Shown in pieces: positions 39,041 through 48,340 of a stretch of 64,000 nucleotides of DNA (position 1 is its first letter; the number at the start of each line of letters is the position of its first letter). Source of the stretch: Vampirovibrio sp. (GTDB taxonomy: Bacteria > Cyanobacteriota > Vampirovibrionia > Vampirovibrionales > Vampirovibrionaceae); NCBI RefSeq assembly GCF_041737375.1, contig NZ_JBGSRV010000008.1, positions 88,500 to 152,499 on the forward strand, in the 5' to 3' direction. A program made the translations under genes and the position numbers. The notes beneath the pieces are model-generated. The model saw only the letters and a list, made by a program, of their open reading frames with translations, ran no database searches and was not told where the DNA came from.

Positions 39041-39073
39041 GCCCCTCCCGGCTTTTTTTGAGGGGCTTTTTTA
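39041..39073 (+). terminator. Rho-independent terminator
   Basis: GCCCCTC/GAGGGGC stem followed by T6. Confidence 0.65.
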
Positions 39074-39103
39074 TGCGCTGTTTCAGATCGATTTCTGTCA
39101 GCT

Positions 39104-39451
39104 TTAGCGCTGATAAGGCATCCGGTTAGGGTGGGGCGCTTGTTTTAAAGGGCGTTGATAACGAACGTTTCCAGTGACGGATGTGGTTGCGCTTACGGGA
39201 GCGGCCAGCAAAGAGTCCTGTCTGTAGAGCTGGTTTTTAGACTCCAGAATATCCTGTAAGCTCTGGTTTGCTTTGAGTTCGCTTCGCTTTAAATTGACAG
39301 GGCCAAGCATCTGCATAACCTGACGGGTTCCTGATAGTTCGCTGGATAAACTGAGTCGGGGTTCTGCCTGGGCTAACCCGGAGGTTAAAGCGTTTAGGTT
39401 TAACAGGCCGCCGAATAAGCCAAGTATTAATGCGTGAGCAATTCGATTCAT
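39104..39451 (-). CDS. Hypothetical exported protein
   Basis: Signal peptide ending AQA; GAGG RBS. Confidence 0.6.
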   Translation of the reverse strand: MNRIAHALILGLFGGLLNLNALTSGLAQAEPRLSLSSELSGTRQVMQMLGPVNLKRSELKANQSLQDILESKNQLYRQDSLLAAPVSATTSVTGNVRYQRPLKQAPHPNRMPYQR

Positions 39452-39510
39452 GGTTACCTCTTTGGGACCAATGTCACCGTTATTTTTAAGGGTTGGGCCG
39501 ATGCAAGTCA

Positions 39511-39543
39511 TCAAACTTTGTTCAAACTTTGTTCAAGCTTTGT
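39511..39543. promoter_or_regulatory. Three 11-bp direct repeats TCAA(A/G)CTTTGT
   Basis: Copies at 39511, 39522, 39533, upstream of the 39451 start. Confidence 0.6.
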
Positions 39544-39732
39544 AATGATTAAGCGGCTTCACCCTTAAAAAACCAAACGATCAAAACAGTTGCCTGTTGA
39601 TAGAGTCAATCAGGAAAATCACCGGGAAAAATTCACCGGCCAGCAAAAATCGCAGGAATAAAAACCACAGAATCATCCGAGAGACTGAACTGCTTTTATT
39701 ATAAAACAATGGTTGTGGGCCTGCCAAAACAG

Positions 39733-39769
39733 CAAAAAGCGCAGAGCTTTGAGGGATCTGCGCTTTTTG
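39733..39769. terminator. Bidirectional terminator after the PFOR genes
   Basis: AAAAAGCGCAGA...TCTGCGCTTTTT inverted repeat. Confidence 0.8.
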
Positions 39770-39794
39770 GAATGTGATTGACCGATGCTTGTGG

Positions 39795-41435
39795 TTAGGA
39801 AGCGGTGACGGTCTTTTTGGCTTCGATTTCAGCCAGAAGGTCTTTGTTATCAACCCCAGCCAGTTCTTGCAACAAACGCCAGTTTAATTGACGATCCAGT
39901 TTGGCGTTCTGCATATCCTGAGTGGTTGGGTTTCCGTCTTTATCAAAGTGCTTTTTAAAGCGCCCTTCGGTCTTGGCCCAGTCAATAAAGGTCAGCTCCT
40001 GCATGTTGCCATCGGCGCCTTTCACCCATGCCCAGTCACGATCGGGGTTGGGGTTGCCGGTCAGGTTGAACCGACTCTTCATGGTGGGGCCCGCATCGGG
40101 GTCGTAGATGAAGAGGGGGAAAGCCCGACTTTGGACGGCCAGTTTGGCTTGATGAGCGGCCAGGTTATCGGCCACCCCATGCTCCGGCTGGCAGGTGGTA
40201 AACACATTAATGACGGCAGGCCCTTTGAAATCCAGCGCCCGGTTGATGGTTTTAAAGAAGTGGGTGGAGTTGGAACCAATGGTTTGAGCTACAAATACGT
40301 TGGGATGCATTACGCAGATTTGGCCCAATTCCTTGCGTCGCTCAATTTTGCCGTGATGGGATTTGCCGTAGGCGCCCATCTTGGATTCCTGACCGGTGTA
40401 AGAAGAGGTGGACTGTTGTCCGCCGGTGTTGGAGTACACCTGGGTGTCCAGAACCAGCACTTTAATGTTCATCCCGGACATCAGCATCCGGCTCAGCGCC
40501 TGGAATCCGATATCCAGCATGGCGCCATCGCCGCCCATGTTCCACAGTACCCAGTCTTCATGACCGTTTTGATCCCAGTAGGCGCGTACGCCCATGGCAT
40601 CGGTGGGGCCGTTTTCAAACAGGGAGTTGGTCCAGGGCACAGTGTACGGGTTGTAAGGATAGGTAGAGCCATACACGGTATTACAACCGGTAGAAGCCAC
40701 AATGCCGAAACGATCGCCGACTTTTTCGTGGGTGGCGGCCAGCATTTGACGAATAACGGAAGCCTCGCCGCAACCCATGCAGGAGCCAGCGCCCCCTTTG
40801 TACATGTTCAGGTTACCCAGTTTCAGCATCAAATCACGCATGTCGCTTTTGTTGATGTGGGTGATGGGTGATTCTGGCAAGGTTTTGTAAAAACCGTAAG
40901 TTTCCAGGTAGGTAGGCAGGTTTTCCGGCGTTTTCTTGATCATCTTCAAGGCGTCATGGTTGCCGCACACTTCCACGCACTCGCCGCACCCTTTGCATTT
41001 GGTGGGATCAATGAAAATACCGAACAGCGCCCCTTCAGGCTGGGACGGATCTTTGGCCCGTTTTTTCTCAAACTGGCCGTGGTATTTCACGGTGGTGGCA
41101 AACTGCTTACGCAGGTATTCCTTGTGCGCTTCATCGGTCACGTTGGCCAATTCGGCTTCCAGACTTTCCGGGGTTACAATTTTGCCCAAAATAGCGGTAT
41201 CCGGGCAATTGTTGACGCAATCCATGCAGCCTACGCAGTTTTCCGCCAGATACTCAGGCAGCTCGGGAGCGATGTAGCTGAAGTCACGGGCGCCACCGGT
41301 ACCGGCTGGCAAAACGCTTTGGGCAACAAATTCATCAGCAGGTTGGCTGGAACCGGCGCCCTTGTTGTAAGCGTCAACCACTTCTTCGGCACGCTGGTAG
41401 TCATACCAGTGATTGTTTTTTTCTTGTGCACTCAT
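39795..41435 (-). CDS. Pyruvate:ferredoxin oxidoreductase, ferredoxin + TPP-binding (delta-beta) subunit
   Basis: CVGCMDCVNNCP, CKGCGECVEVC, GSCMGCGE, GGDG...VYSNTGGQ. Confidence 0.93.
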   Translation of the reverse strand: MSAQEKNNHWYDYQRAEEVVDAYNKGAGSSQPADEFVAQSVLPAGTGGARDFSYIAPELPEYLAENCVGCMDCVNNCPDTAILGKIVTPESLEAELANVTDEAHKEYLRKQFATTVKYHGQFEKKRAKDPSQPEGALFGIFIDPTKCKGCGECVEVCGNHDALKMIKKTPENLPTYLETYGFYKTLPESPITHINKSDMRDLMLKLGNLNMYKGGAGSCMGCGEASVIRQMLAATHEKVGDRFGIVASTGCNTVYGSTYPYNPYTVPWTNSLFENGPTDAMGVRAYWDQNGHEDWVLWNMGGDGAMLDIGFQALSRMLMSGMNIKVLVLDTQVYSNTGGQQSTSSYTGQESKMGAYGKSHHGKIERRKELGQICVMHPNVFVAQTIGSNSTHFFKTINRALDFKGPAVINVFTTCQPEHGVADNLAAHQAKLAVQSRAFPLFIYDPDAGPTMKSRFNLTGNPNPDRDWAWVKGADGNMQELTFIDWAKTEGRFKKHFDKDGNPTTQDMQNAKLDRQLNWRLLQELAGVDNKDLLAEIEAKKTVTAS

Positions 41436-41505
41436 TTGGGGGTTAAACTCCTTTAATTTGCAAGTCTTGAATATAGTCTCAGCGGCGGCCTAGATAAAGA
41501 ACGCG

Positions 41506-43563
41506 CTAAATAAAGAACGCATTGGTATCTTTGCCCTTGGCTTCCCATTCCAGACGGCCTTTTTCCAGCACATCCGCAGGGGTGGACTCAATAACGGCCC
41601 GAGGCACTTCAAAGACTTCTTTAAAGCCTTTACGAGCGGCCTCTACGTTGTCTCTTACAACATCCGCGCCTTTACGGCCAAAGTATTTTTCAATGGGAAT
41701 GCGTACTCGCTCAAACAGCTCATCTTCGCTCAAGCCCGCATCCTTTTGGAATGGGGTCAACCGTAAGAACACGCCCAGTAACACGATACCCTGGAAGCGC
41801 TGTACCAGCGAGTCATCCGATTTACAGCTTTCATGAGCGATACGAATGGTATCCACACTGTAGAACTGAATGTTGTTTTCCTTAATGTAGTACTTGGCCC
41901 AATCCGGCACCGAATTCCACAACTGCTGCGGATCTTCGTTGGGGGTGTGCTGGAAAAGGGTGCATCCAGGTTGCAGACCCACCAGCGGGTTGCCCATGTT
42001 CCAGGTGTTGGGGTCCATCAGCGGTACAAATTCAACTTGAATCAGTTCACTGTGCGTTCCAATTTTTCCGCTTTTGGTGGTGGTCAGATAGGTGTTGGTG
42101 GGCAAGCCTTTTTTCTCGGAACCATATTTGGGAGAGGCTTGCACTTTGAACCCAAAGATATCACCCAGACAGGTTGCGATAATTTTGTTGGTGGTAACCG
42201 AACCATAACCGCCCACCGAATGGCCGCGAATAGAGAAGGAGCCAACAGGGCGGACATCCGGCTCTTCATCCACTTCCAGGTTGGCGTGGTGATCGATGCC
42301 CAGACTGAAGAAGCGTTTGTTCTCGCCAGCTTCAGTCATGTTTTTAACCGTGGAAACCATTTGTCCCGGCGTGACATCACGACTGCCCAAACCGGCCACA
42401 CCGGAGTAAATGACCGGAATACGGTCAATTTTGGGATAGCCCGGTGTACCCATGGCTGCTTTGGCGAACGCGGCTTCGATTTCAGCGGTCAGGGGGTTGG
42501 AAACACCCAGAGGGTTATCCATCCGCTCAATAACGGCAAAGGCTTTCACGTTTTTCAACGCTTCTACCACTTGTGGGCCGGGGAAAGGACGGAAAGACGT
42601 AATATTCAGACTGCCTGTTTTGAGGCCTAACTTGCGGAGGTGATCCAGGCTGACCGATGCGGTTTCCGCAGTGGAACCCATAGCCACAATGGCGTATTCA
42701 GCGTCTTCCAGCTGGGTGGGAACCACCATGCTGTACCGGCGGCCGGTGAGCTTGTAAAATTCATCCATAGACTCTTGCAGTACGCCCGGAATTTGATCGT
42801 AAAAGATGCGCTGGGCGATTTTGCCGGTCATGTAGCTGTCCTGGTTCTGCACCACGCCGCTCATTAAAGGGAAATCCGGGTCAAACAGTTTGCGCAGCTT
42901 GTCTCCGGGGGCGCCCAGGAAGTCGCGAATCAGCTCATCTTCAGGGAAAAGCACGTTTTCGATGGTGTGGGTGGTTAAAAAACCATCCTGAATATTCATA
43001 AAAGGCGTTTTGGTTTTTTCAGCGGTGCGGCGGGAAATCATGCACAAATCGCCCGCTTCTTGGGCATTCTGGGCAAAAAGCATACCCCAGCCTACATCGG
43101 TTACGGACATCACGTCATCGTGACCGGCATGAACGTTGAGGGAGTGGGAGGTTAAGGCTCTTGCGCCAATGTTAAACACCAAGCCAAGGCGCTTCCCGGA
43201 GATGGTGTATAGCACTTCTTTCATCAGCACCAGCCCTTGGCCAGAGGTGAAGTTGGTAACCCGGCCACCGGCCACTGCGTACCCTTCTGAAGCGGAGGCG
43301 GAACTATGCTCGGACTCCGGTTGAAGCCACATAATTTCTTTGCCCCACAGGTTTTTCATCCCGTTAGAGTAAGCGGTTTGGTAGCCTACGCCCATGCTGG
43401 TGGAAGGCGTAATCGGGTAGGCGATTCCGGCCTCACAGGCGCGTGTTTCCACATGCACCACCATGGCGGAACCGTCAGCCGTTCCTGGAATACCGGGATA
43501 CTTGAATTTTCCAGCTGCCGTGCTGCTTTCACCCTGTGTTTTGGGCGGTTGGGCAAGTGCCAT
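41506..43563 (-). CDS. Pyruvate:ferredoxin oxidoreductase, alpha-gamma subunit
   Basis: YPITPST, ESEH, FTSGQGLVLM, DGFLTTH, GGYGSVT, YGSEKKG. Confidence 0.93.
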   Translation of the reverse strand: MALAQPPKTQGESSTAAGKFKYPGIPGTADGSAMVVHVETRACEAGIAYPITPSTSMGVGYQTAYSNGMKNLWGKEIMWLQPESEHSSASASEGYAVAGGRVTNFTSGQGLVLMKEVLYTISGKRLGLVFNIGARALTSHSLNVHAGHDDVMSVTDVGWGMLFAQNAQEAGDLCMISRRTAEKTKTPFMNIQDGFLTTHTIENVLFPEDELIRDFLGAPGDKLRKLFDPDFPLMSGVVQNQDSYMTGKIAQRIFYDQIPGVLQESMDEFYKLTGRRYSMVVPTQLEDAEYAIVAMGSTAETASVSLDHLRKLGLKTGSLNITSFRPFPGPQVVEALKNVKAFAVIERMDNPLGVSNPLTAEIEAAFAKAAMGTPGYPKIDRIPVIYSGVAGLGSRDVTPGQMVSTVKNMTEAGENKRFFSLGIDHHANLEVDEEPDVRPVGSFSIRGHSVGGYGSVTTNKIIATCLGDIFGFKVQASPKYGSEKKGLPTNTYLTTTKSGKIGTHSELIQVEFVPLMDPNTWNMGNPLVGLQPGCTLFQHTPNEDPQQLWNSVPDWAKYYIKENNIQFYSVDTIRIAHESCKSDDSLVQRFQGIVLLGVFLRLTPFQKDAGLSEDELFERVRIPIEKYFGRKGADVVRDNVEAARKGFKEVFEVPRAVIESTPADVLEKGRLEWEAKGKDTNAFFI

Positions 43564-43603
43564 AAACGCTTCTCCTATTTCAGTACGATCAAAAAAATCA
43601 GTC

Positions 43604-43647
43604 GAGGACTATTAAAATTACTTTAGAGGACTATTAGAATCACTTTA
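43604..43647. repeat. 22-bp tandem repeat upstream of PFOR
   Basis: GAGGACTATTAAAATTACTTTA / GAGGACTATTAGAATCACTTTA (2 mismatches). Confidence 0.75.
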
Positions 43648-44002
43648 AATGATTTAATCATTTCGCCGAAACAGAACTGTTTTTTAGGACAATGCCAGTG
43701 CAGAAATCCGCTAAAACCGGGTAACGGCGGGTGAGGATCTAAAACTGCCTTTTATTGTACAGAAAACGGGGTATTTTCAAAGTGCTCTTTTCGAGAATCA
43801 ACGCACAAGTGACTCTTGGTTGAGCGTTGAGCAGTCCTGAGGCCAGATTATTATGGCACACCTCGGCTCAAAGGGCGAACAGAGCCGTTCTTTAAAAGGC
43901 TTTGAACTGGGCGTTTTGCTTAACGCAAATGATTAATCATCCTGAAATGTAGGTTTTATCAATGGTTTTGACTGTTTTGCTATGCTTGTCGAAATTCCGG
44001 TC

Positions 44003-44081
44003 GAATTTTTTTTCGAATTTTCGCTTGCCTTTTTAAATGGGAAGAGTATCATAGAATTTATGTTCGATAGAAAAATCGTTC
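44003..44081 (+). promoter_or_regulatory. lexA promoter with three candidate SOS boxes
   Basis: -35 TTGCCT (44025) and -10 TATCAT (44047); GAAT-N4-TTTC (44003), GAAT-N4-GTTC (44054), GAAA-N4-GTTC (44070). Confidence 0.65.
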
Positions 44082-44124
44082 GAGGCTAACAACCCATCCC
44101 TGTTAAAACTTTATATACAGAAAG

Positions 44125-44811
44125 ATGCCAATGTCCCCTAAAGATGAACTGACTTCTAAACAACGCGAAGTGCTGAATCAGCTGCTGGCTTTTGTTCTGG
44201 AGAACAATTACCCGCCTTCCATTCAACAGCTTTGCCAGTTGTGTGGGGTTAGTTCCACTTCCACCATTCATTTCCACTTGAGCGGCCTTAAAAAAAAGGG
44301 GCTTATCGATTGGAATCCGGCGGAAAAACGAGCCATTAGCATTCGTGAGGACTTGCGAGACGAGTTTCGCTTAGCCCGGAACGCTTTGCTGGAGGATAGT
44401 GATGCCTTATTGGATCGGGCGGATGCCAAAGAAGGCAAAGTGGGCGTATTACCAATGCTAGGCTCCATTGCCGCTGGCTCTCCATTGCAAACCCTGAAAG
44501 ATAGCGTTGAGCGGATTGATTTGAGCGAGGATATCTGTCCGCCGGGTTGTTATGCCCTCAAAGTGCGTGGCACCAGCATGATTGAAGACCATATTATGGA
44601 CGAGGACGTGGTCATCATTAACCCTCAAGCCCGTGTGCGGGAAGGGGATGTGGTTGTGGCCCTGATTGACAATGAAACCGCAACCCTGAAACGATTCTAC
44701 CGTGAGAAGGATCGAATTCGGCTGCAACCGGCCAACTCGGAGATGGAACCTATCTATGTAACAGACGTCCATATCCAGGGTAGGGTTGAAGCTGTCATTC
44801 GAAAATACTGA
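44125..44811 (+). CDS. lexA: SOS repressor LexA
   Basis: LT.KQ...YPPS..QL HTH; IAAG cleavage site; GTSM (Ser) and TLK (Lys) dyad. Confidence 0.95.
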   Translation: MPMSPKDELTSKQREVLNQLLAFVLENNYPPSIQQLCQLCGVSSTSTIHFHLSGLKKKGLIDWNPAEKRAISIREDLRDEFRLARNALLEDSDALLDRADAKEGKVGVLPMLGSIAAGSPLQTLKDSVERIDLSEDICPPGCYALKVRGTSMIEDHIMDEDVVIINPQARVREGDVVVALIDNETATLKRFYREKDRIRLQPANSEMEPIYVTDVHIQGRVEAVIRKY

Positions 44812-44917
44812 AGACCCCTGATTCCAGAAACGATGCACGTAGCCGCTGTCTTTTCAGCGGGCAGTTATTAGCGAATTGGTTAGACAACCCAACCTGAAAT
44901 GAAGGAGCTTATCCGTT

Positions 44918-45001
44918 ATGAGTATCCGTACTTTGTTACGCGATTTGTTTTGTGGCGCCCTGTTGATTTGGCCCTACTTCTTTATCCCCGGCAATATTTA
45001 A
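44918..45001 (+). CDS. 27-aa hydrophobic peptide (not in ORF track)
   Basis: AAGGAG at 44902; MSIRTLLRDLFCGALLIWPYFFIPGNI*. Confidence 0.5.
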   Translation: MSIRTLLRDLFCGALLIWPYFFIPGNI

Positions 45002-45215
45002 ACAAACTCCGGGCTTTTTATACAGATGTTCTCTGAGGGCAACCTGCCATCCGGTTCATCGTGAAGAACCCCAGTTTTTCCAGTTTTAACAACGCTCTAA
45101 ATACACACACTCCACTCTTTATCCCACAAATCTCACAGAGGCAAATCTATTTGCCTCTTTTTCTTTTATTATAGGTACACCATTTCCCCAATCACCACAA
45201 AGGTCATCTTTTATT

Positions 45216-46316
45216 ATGAACGCAGTCTTGTCCCCTTTATCCGATATCGATACCGAGACATCCGCTCCCGCTGTTTCTTTTACACCCAAAGAGGTGCTTT
45301 TGGGCATGTCTCTGGAAGCCTTGCGGGCTTTGGTTAAAACGATGGATGAGCCTGCTTTTCGGGCCGAACAGTTGCACCAGTGGCTGTATGTAAAATGCGT
45401 CCGTAGTTTTGATGAGATGACCAACCTGAAAAAATCCTTTCGGGACAAACTGGCAGAACGCTTTCAGGTAGGCTCGCTGGTGGTGGATCAGAAAGAGAGT
45501 AGTCAGGACGGCACGGTAAAGTACCTGTTCCGGTTGCCGGATGGCAAAGTGGTTGAATCGGTCCTGATGTACTTCGAGGAACGGGGCTCTTACGCCATGT
45601 GCCTGAGCACTCAAGTAGGCTGCGCTGTGAATTGCGGGTTTTGTGCCACGGGGAAGCTTGGTTTTATGAGAAATCTGAGCGTTTCCGAAATCGTGGAGCA
45701 GTACGTTTATGTGCAAGCCGATAGCGGTAAGGAAGTCCGCAATATTGTGTTTATGGGTCAGGGCGAACCCATGCTGAATTACGACAATTTGATGGACGCC
45801 ATCGAGATTCTGAATCGCTCTGCTGAAGTGGGGATGCGGCATATCACCATTTCCACCTCCGGGGTGGTGCCTCGAATCTACGATTTGGCGGCCAAAAACA
45901 TGCAGTTGACCCTGGCGGTTTCATTGCATGCCCCCGACAACGAAACCCGTGAGGCCATTATGCCCATTAACCGAAAATGGCCTCTGGAATCCCTGATGCC
46001 TGCTTTGCATCACTACGTGGATACCACTGGCAAGCGCTTGACCATTGAGTATATTTTGCTGGCAGGGGTGAACGATCAACCTAGTCACGCTCACGCCTTG
46101 GGGGCATTGCTGCAAACCCTGAAGTGTAACGTCAACCTGATTCCTTACAACCCCATTGGCGATGATTACGGCTATAAACGCCCATCCGGCAATGTCACTC
46201 ACCGTTTTCGGGAAGTGCTGAGCGGTTACGGCAAAAAAGTCACCATTCGGGTGGAGCGGGGCGTTGATATCGCAGCCGCCTGCGGACAATTGGCCAACAA
46301 GGTACAGGACGCCTAG
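45216..46316 (+). CDS. rlmN: Dual-specificity RNA m2A methyltransferase RlmN
   Basis: CAVNCGFC radical-SAM motif; FMGQGEP; SLHAP; IAAACGQL. Confidence 0.96.
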   Translation: MNAVLSPLSDIDTETSAPAVSFTPKEVLLGMSLEALRALVKTMDEPAFRAEQLHQWLYVKCVRSFDEMTNLKKSFRDKLAERFQVGSLVVDQKESSQDGTVKYLFRLPDGKVVESVLMYFEERGSYAMCLSTQVGCAVNCGFCATGKLGFMRNLSVSEIVEQYVYVQADSGKEVRNIVFMGQGEPMLNYDNLMDAIEILNRSAEVGMRHITISTSGVVPRIYDLAAKNMQLTLAVSLHAPDNETREAIMPINRKWPLESLMPALHHYVDTTGKRLTIEYILLAGVNDQPSHAHALGALLQTLKCNVNLIPYNPIGDDYGYKRPSGNVTHRFREVLSGYGKKVTIRVERGVDIAAACGQLANKVQDA

Positions 46317-46371
46317 ACGTCCTGTGAGACTTGAATACCTAACGGGCCATCCGGTTGAATGGCCTGTTGGA

Positions 46372-46650
46372 TCAGGCGATTAAATCAATTTTTTTGCCTT
46401 TTTGGCTGACCACAATCAATTGCGGTTCATCGGCCCCGGTCATGTAGGCAATGCCGTTAACACCCAGCAAAACCGGAATGGTCATCAGCATGCTGGCCTG
46501 TTGTAGGGCATTTTGCATGGTGCTTTGATGTTTGCGAGCCTCGGTTGCTTTATTACCAAAGGCCACTGGATTTTGAGCCAGGTTGGTATTGAAAGATGTT
46601 TGGAGGGTGGTGCGAGAAGGCACCACTGCATGGGTATATATAGATGTCAT
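46372..46650 (-). CDS. Small hypothetical protein with F-G leader and one hydrophobic segment
   Basis: GAGG RBS; PVAFGN at about residue 30. Confidence 0.65.
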   Translation of the reverse strand: MTSIYTHAVVPSRTTLQTSFNTNLAQNPVAFGNKATEARKHQSTMQNALQQASMLMTIPVLLGVNGIAYMTGADEPQLIVVSQKGKKIDLIA

Positions 46651-47275
46651 AATTTAAACCACCTCTGCGGCAATGGATAGATGAATTGGACCCTTCCATC
46701 ATTTTTGAAAAATGAGCTTGAAAATGGAATTATTCTTACGTTTATGAACCCAAGGGTGAATTTAAAACTTAATAAAATTCAACAGGTGAACTCTGCAACT
46801 TAGAAGGGTAAGTCATCATAATACAGATCCGGGGTTTTGCAAAGTATCTACTTCGGCGATAGCCATGGCGGTCTTTAAGTGTTAATTTTCTTTAATTTTT
46901 TGTGTGAATCTTGAGCCTTGTTTGGGAAAACCACACTTTTTTTATGAAAAGCTTTCACTGTCTTTGTTTTGACTGCATGGTCGCTGCTTTGGGGCGAGCC
47001 ATTTTGGGGGTGGCGAGGTTTTCCAAGGGTAAGTTTAAACCGGTTGAAAACGCTGTAAACCTTTACTTAAAGAGGGTTTTCAGATTTTTTAACAGAATGG
47101 GTGATGAAGCGGGTGGGACCCAAAACAAAGGGCGGTATTTTTAAGGCTTTTGCTTGCTTGGCCTACTTTTTTCATATCATGGTCACAAAGTTTTGTTGCA
47201 ATTAGTGCAAACGGGCAAATTTTCCCCTTCACCATCTTTCATTGCAGTACAAAGCTCGTTAGCTACTAGGGTGTT

Positions 47276-48340
47276 ATGGTAACGACAATTTCACAATATA
47301 ATGCCTTGCCGTCCGAAAGGACGAGGGGGAAGTCTATACCGCCGCGGTTTGGCGGTGGGGCTATGGCTTTGGCCAAAATGGCCGGACAGCAACCTCAGCA
47401 AGAGGCTGTGGTGCGGGGAATTCGCCTGGCCACCGCGTTGAAAGAGAACCTGTTTGGGGCCAAACTCTTTAACAAAGACGTGCGGATGGGCGGACTGTCT
47501 CTGGAAGATGTGGCAGGCCGTTTGCAGACCCTGATTGGGGTTTACCTGCTGCAAGGCTACTATGCGGTTAAGGATGATAAGCACCCTTGGGAAACCAACG
47601 GGCGTAACGCCATGATTTGGGTGATGACCCTGGTGCTGCAAAACCTCACCAAAAGTGAGAATTATGGCTTGAATACCTTGCTGTGCAACCCGTTTATGCG
47701 CCAAAAGGGCCATCTCTCTTCCGAGATGAGCTGGCTGCAAAACGGCCTGGATAAGGTGCGTATGGATGCGGATTATCTGGATATCCTCCAGGATGCCGGG
47801 ATTTCCATCGACCCCGATGAAATGAAGGGCGCCCGAAAAGGCAAGAAGGCCCTGTGGGCGTCTTCTTGGCTGGATGCTAATAAAACCGACCTGATTAAGC
47901 GACGATATGAAGCCCTGAAAGCCAAAGTATCGACGCAGGACGGTAAAGAGGTACTCAGTCAGTTATCCAGAGAAGAACAGAAAATCTATAAAAGCATCCC
48001 CTCATTTTTCTATCGAATTAACGCCTGGAACGGCCTCTCTACCGCTATTATTGTGGGGTCAACCATTTATCTGATAGGTGGGGTGGCCATGAAAATCGTC
48101 AACAAGGTCATCTCGCCCCTGGATAAGGACTTTGACGGACCCAAAAACAAGCAGGCGGGGCAACCTTTCAAGCCCTCCCCCTTCGCTAAATCGCACCCAC
48201 CGCAAAGCCCCAGTCAGTCAGCCGCCGAAGCCAACCCGTCTCAATCCAGTTTAAACCCCACTCCCCCTATCCAATTTTTCCAGAGTTATGTGAGTCAACG
48301 TAGAAACACCCCATCCACCCTATCAGGGGGGGCTTATTAA
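47276..48340 (+). CDS. Hypothetical membrane protein with PRFGG leader and Pro/Ser-rich tail
   Basis: 354-aa ORF; several hydrophobic segments; TAATG coupling to the next gene. Confidence 0.8.
   Translation: MVTTISQYNALPSERTRGKSIPPRFGGGAMALAKMAGQQPQQEAVVRGIRLATALKENLFGAKLFNKDVRMGGLSLEDVAGRLQTLIGVYLLQGYYAVKDDKHPWETNGRNAMIWVMTLVLQNLTKSENYGLNTLLCNPFMRQKGHLSSEMSWLQNGLDKVRMDADYLDILQDAGISIDPDEMKGARKGKKALWASSWLDANKTDLIKRRYEALKAKVSTQDGKEVLSQLSREEQKIYKSIPSFFYRINAWNGLSTAIIVGSTIYLIGGVAMKIVNKVISPLDKDFDGPKNKQAGQPFKPSPFAKSHPPQSPSQSAAEANPSQSSLNPTPPIQFFQSYVSQRRNTPSTLSGGAY

Noticed and set aside
39888-42630. Long antisense ORFs (327 aa, 265 aa) opposite PFOR
   Set aside because: Shadow frames of strongly codon-biased genes; no motifs or RBS.
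44290-44297. A-run inside lexA as a slippage site
   Set aside because: Encodes a Lys stretch within the DNA-binding domain; a shift would give no sensible product.
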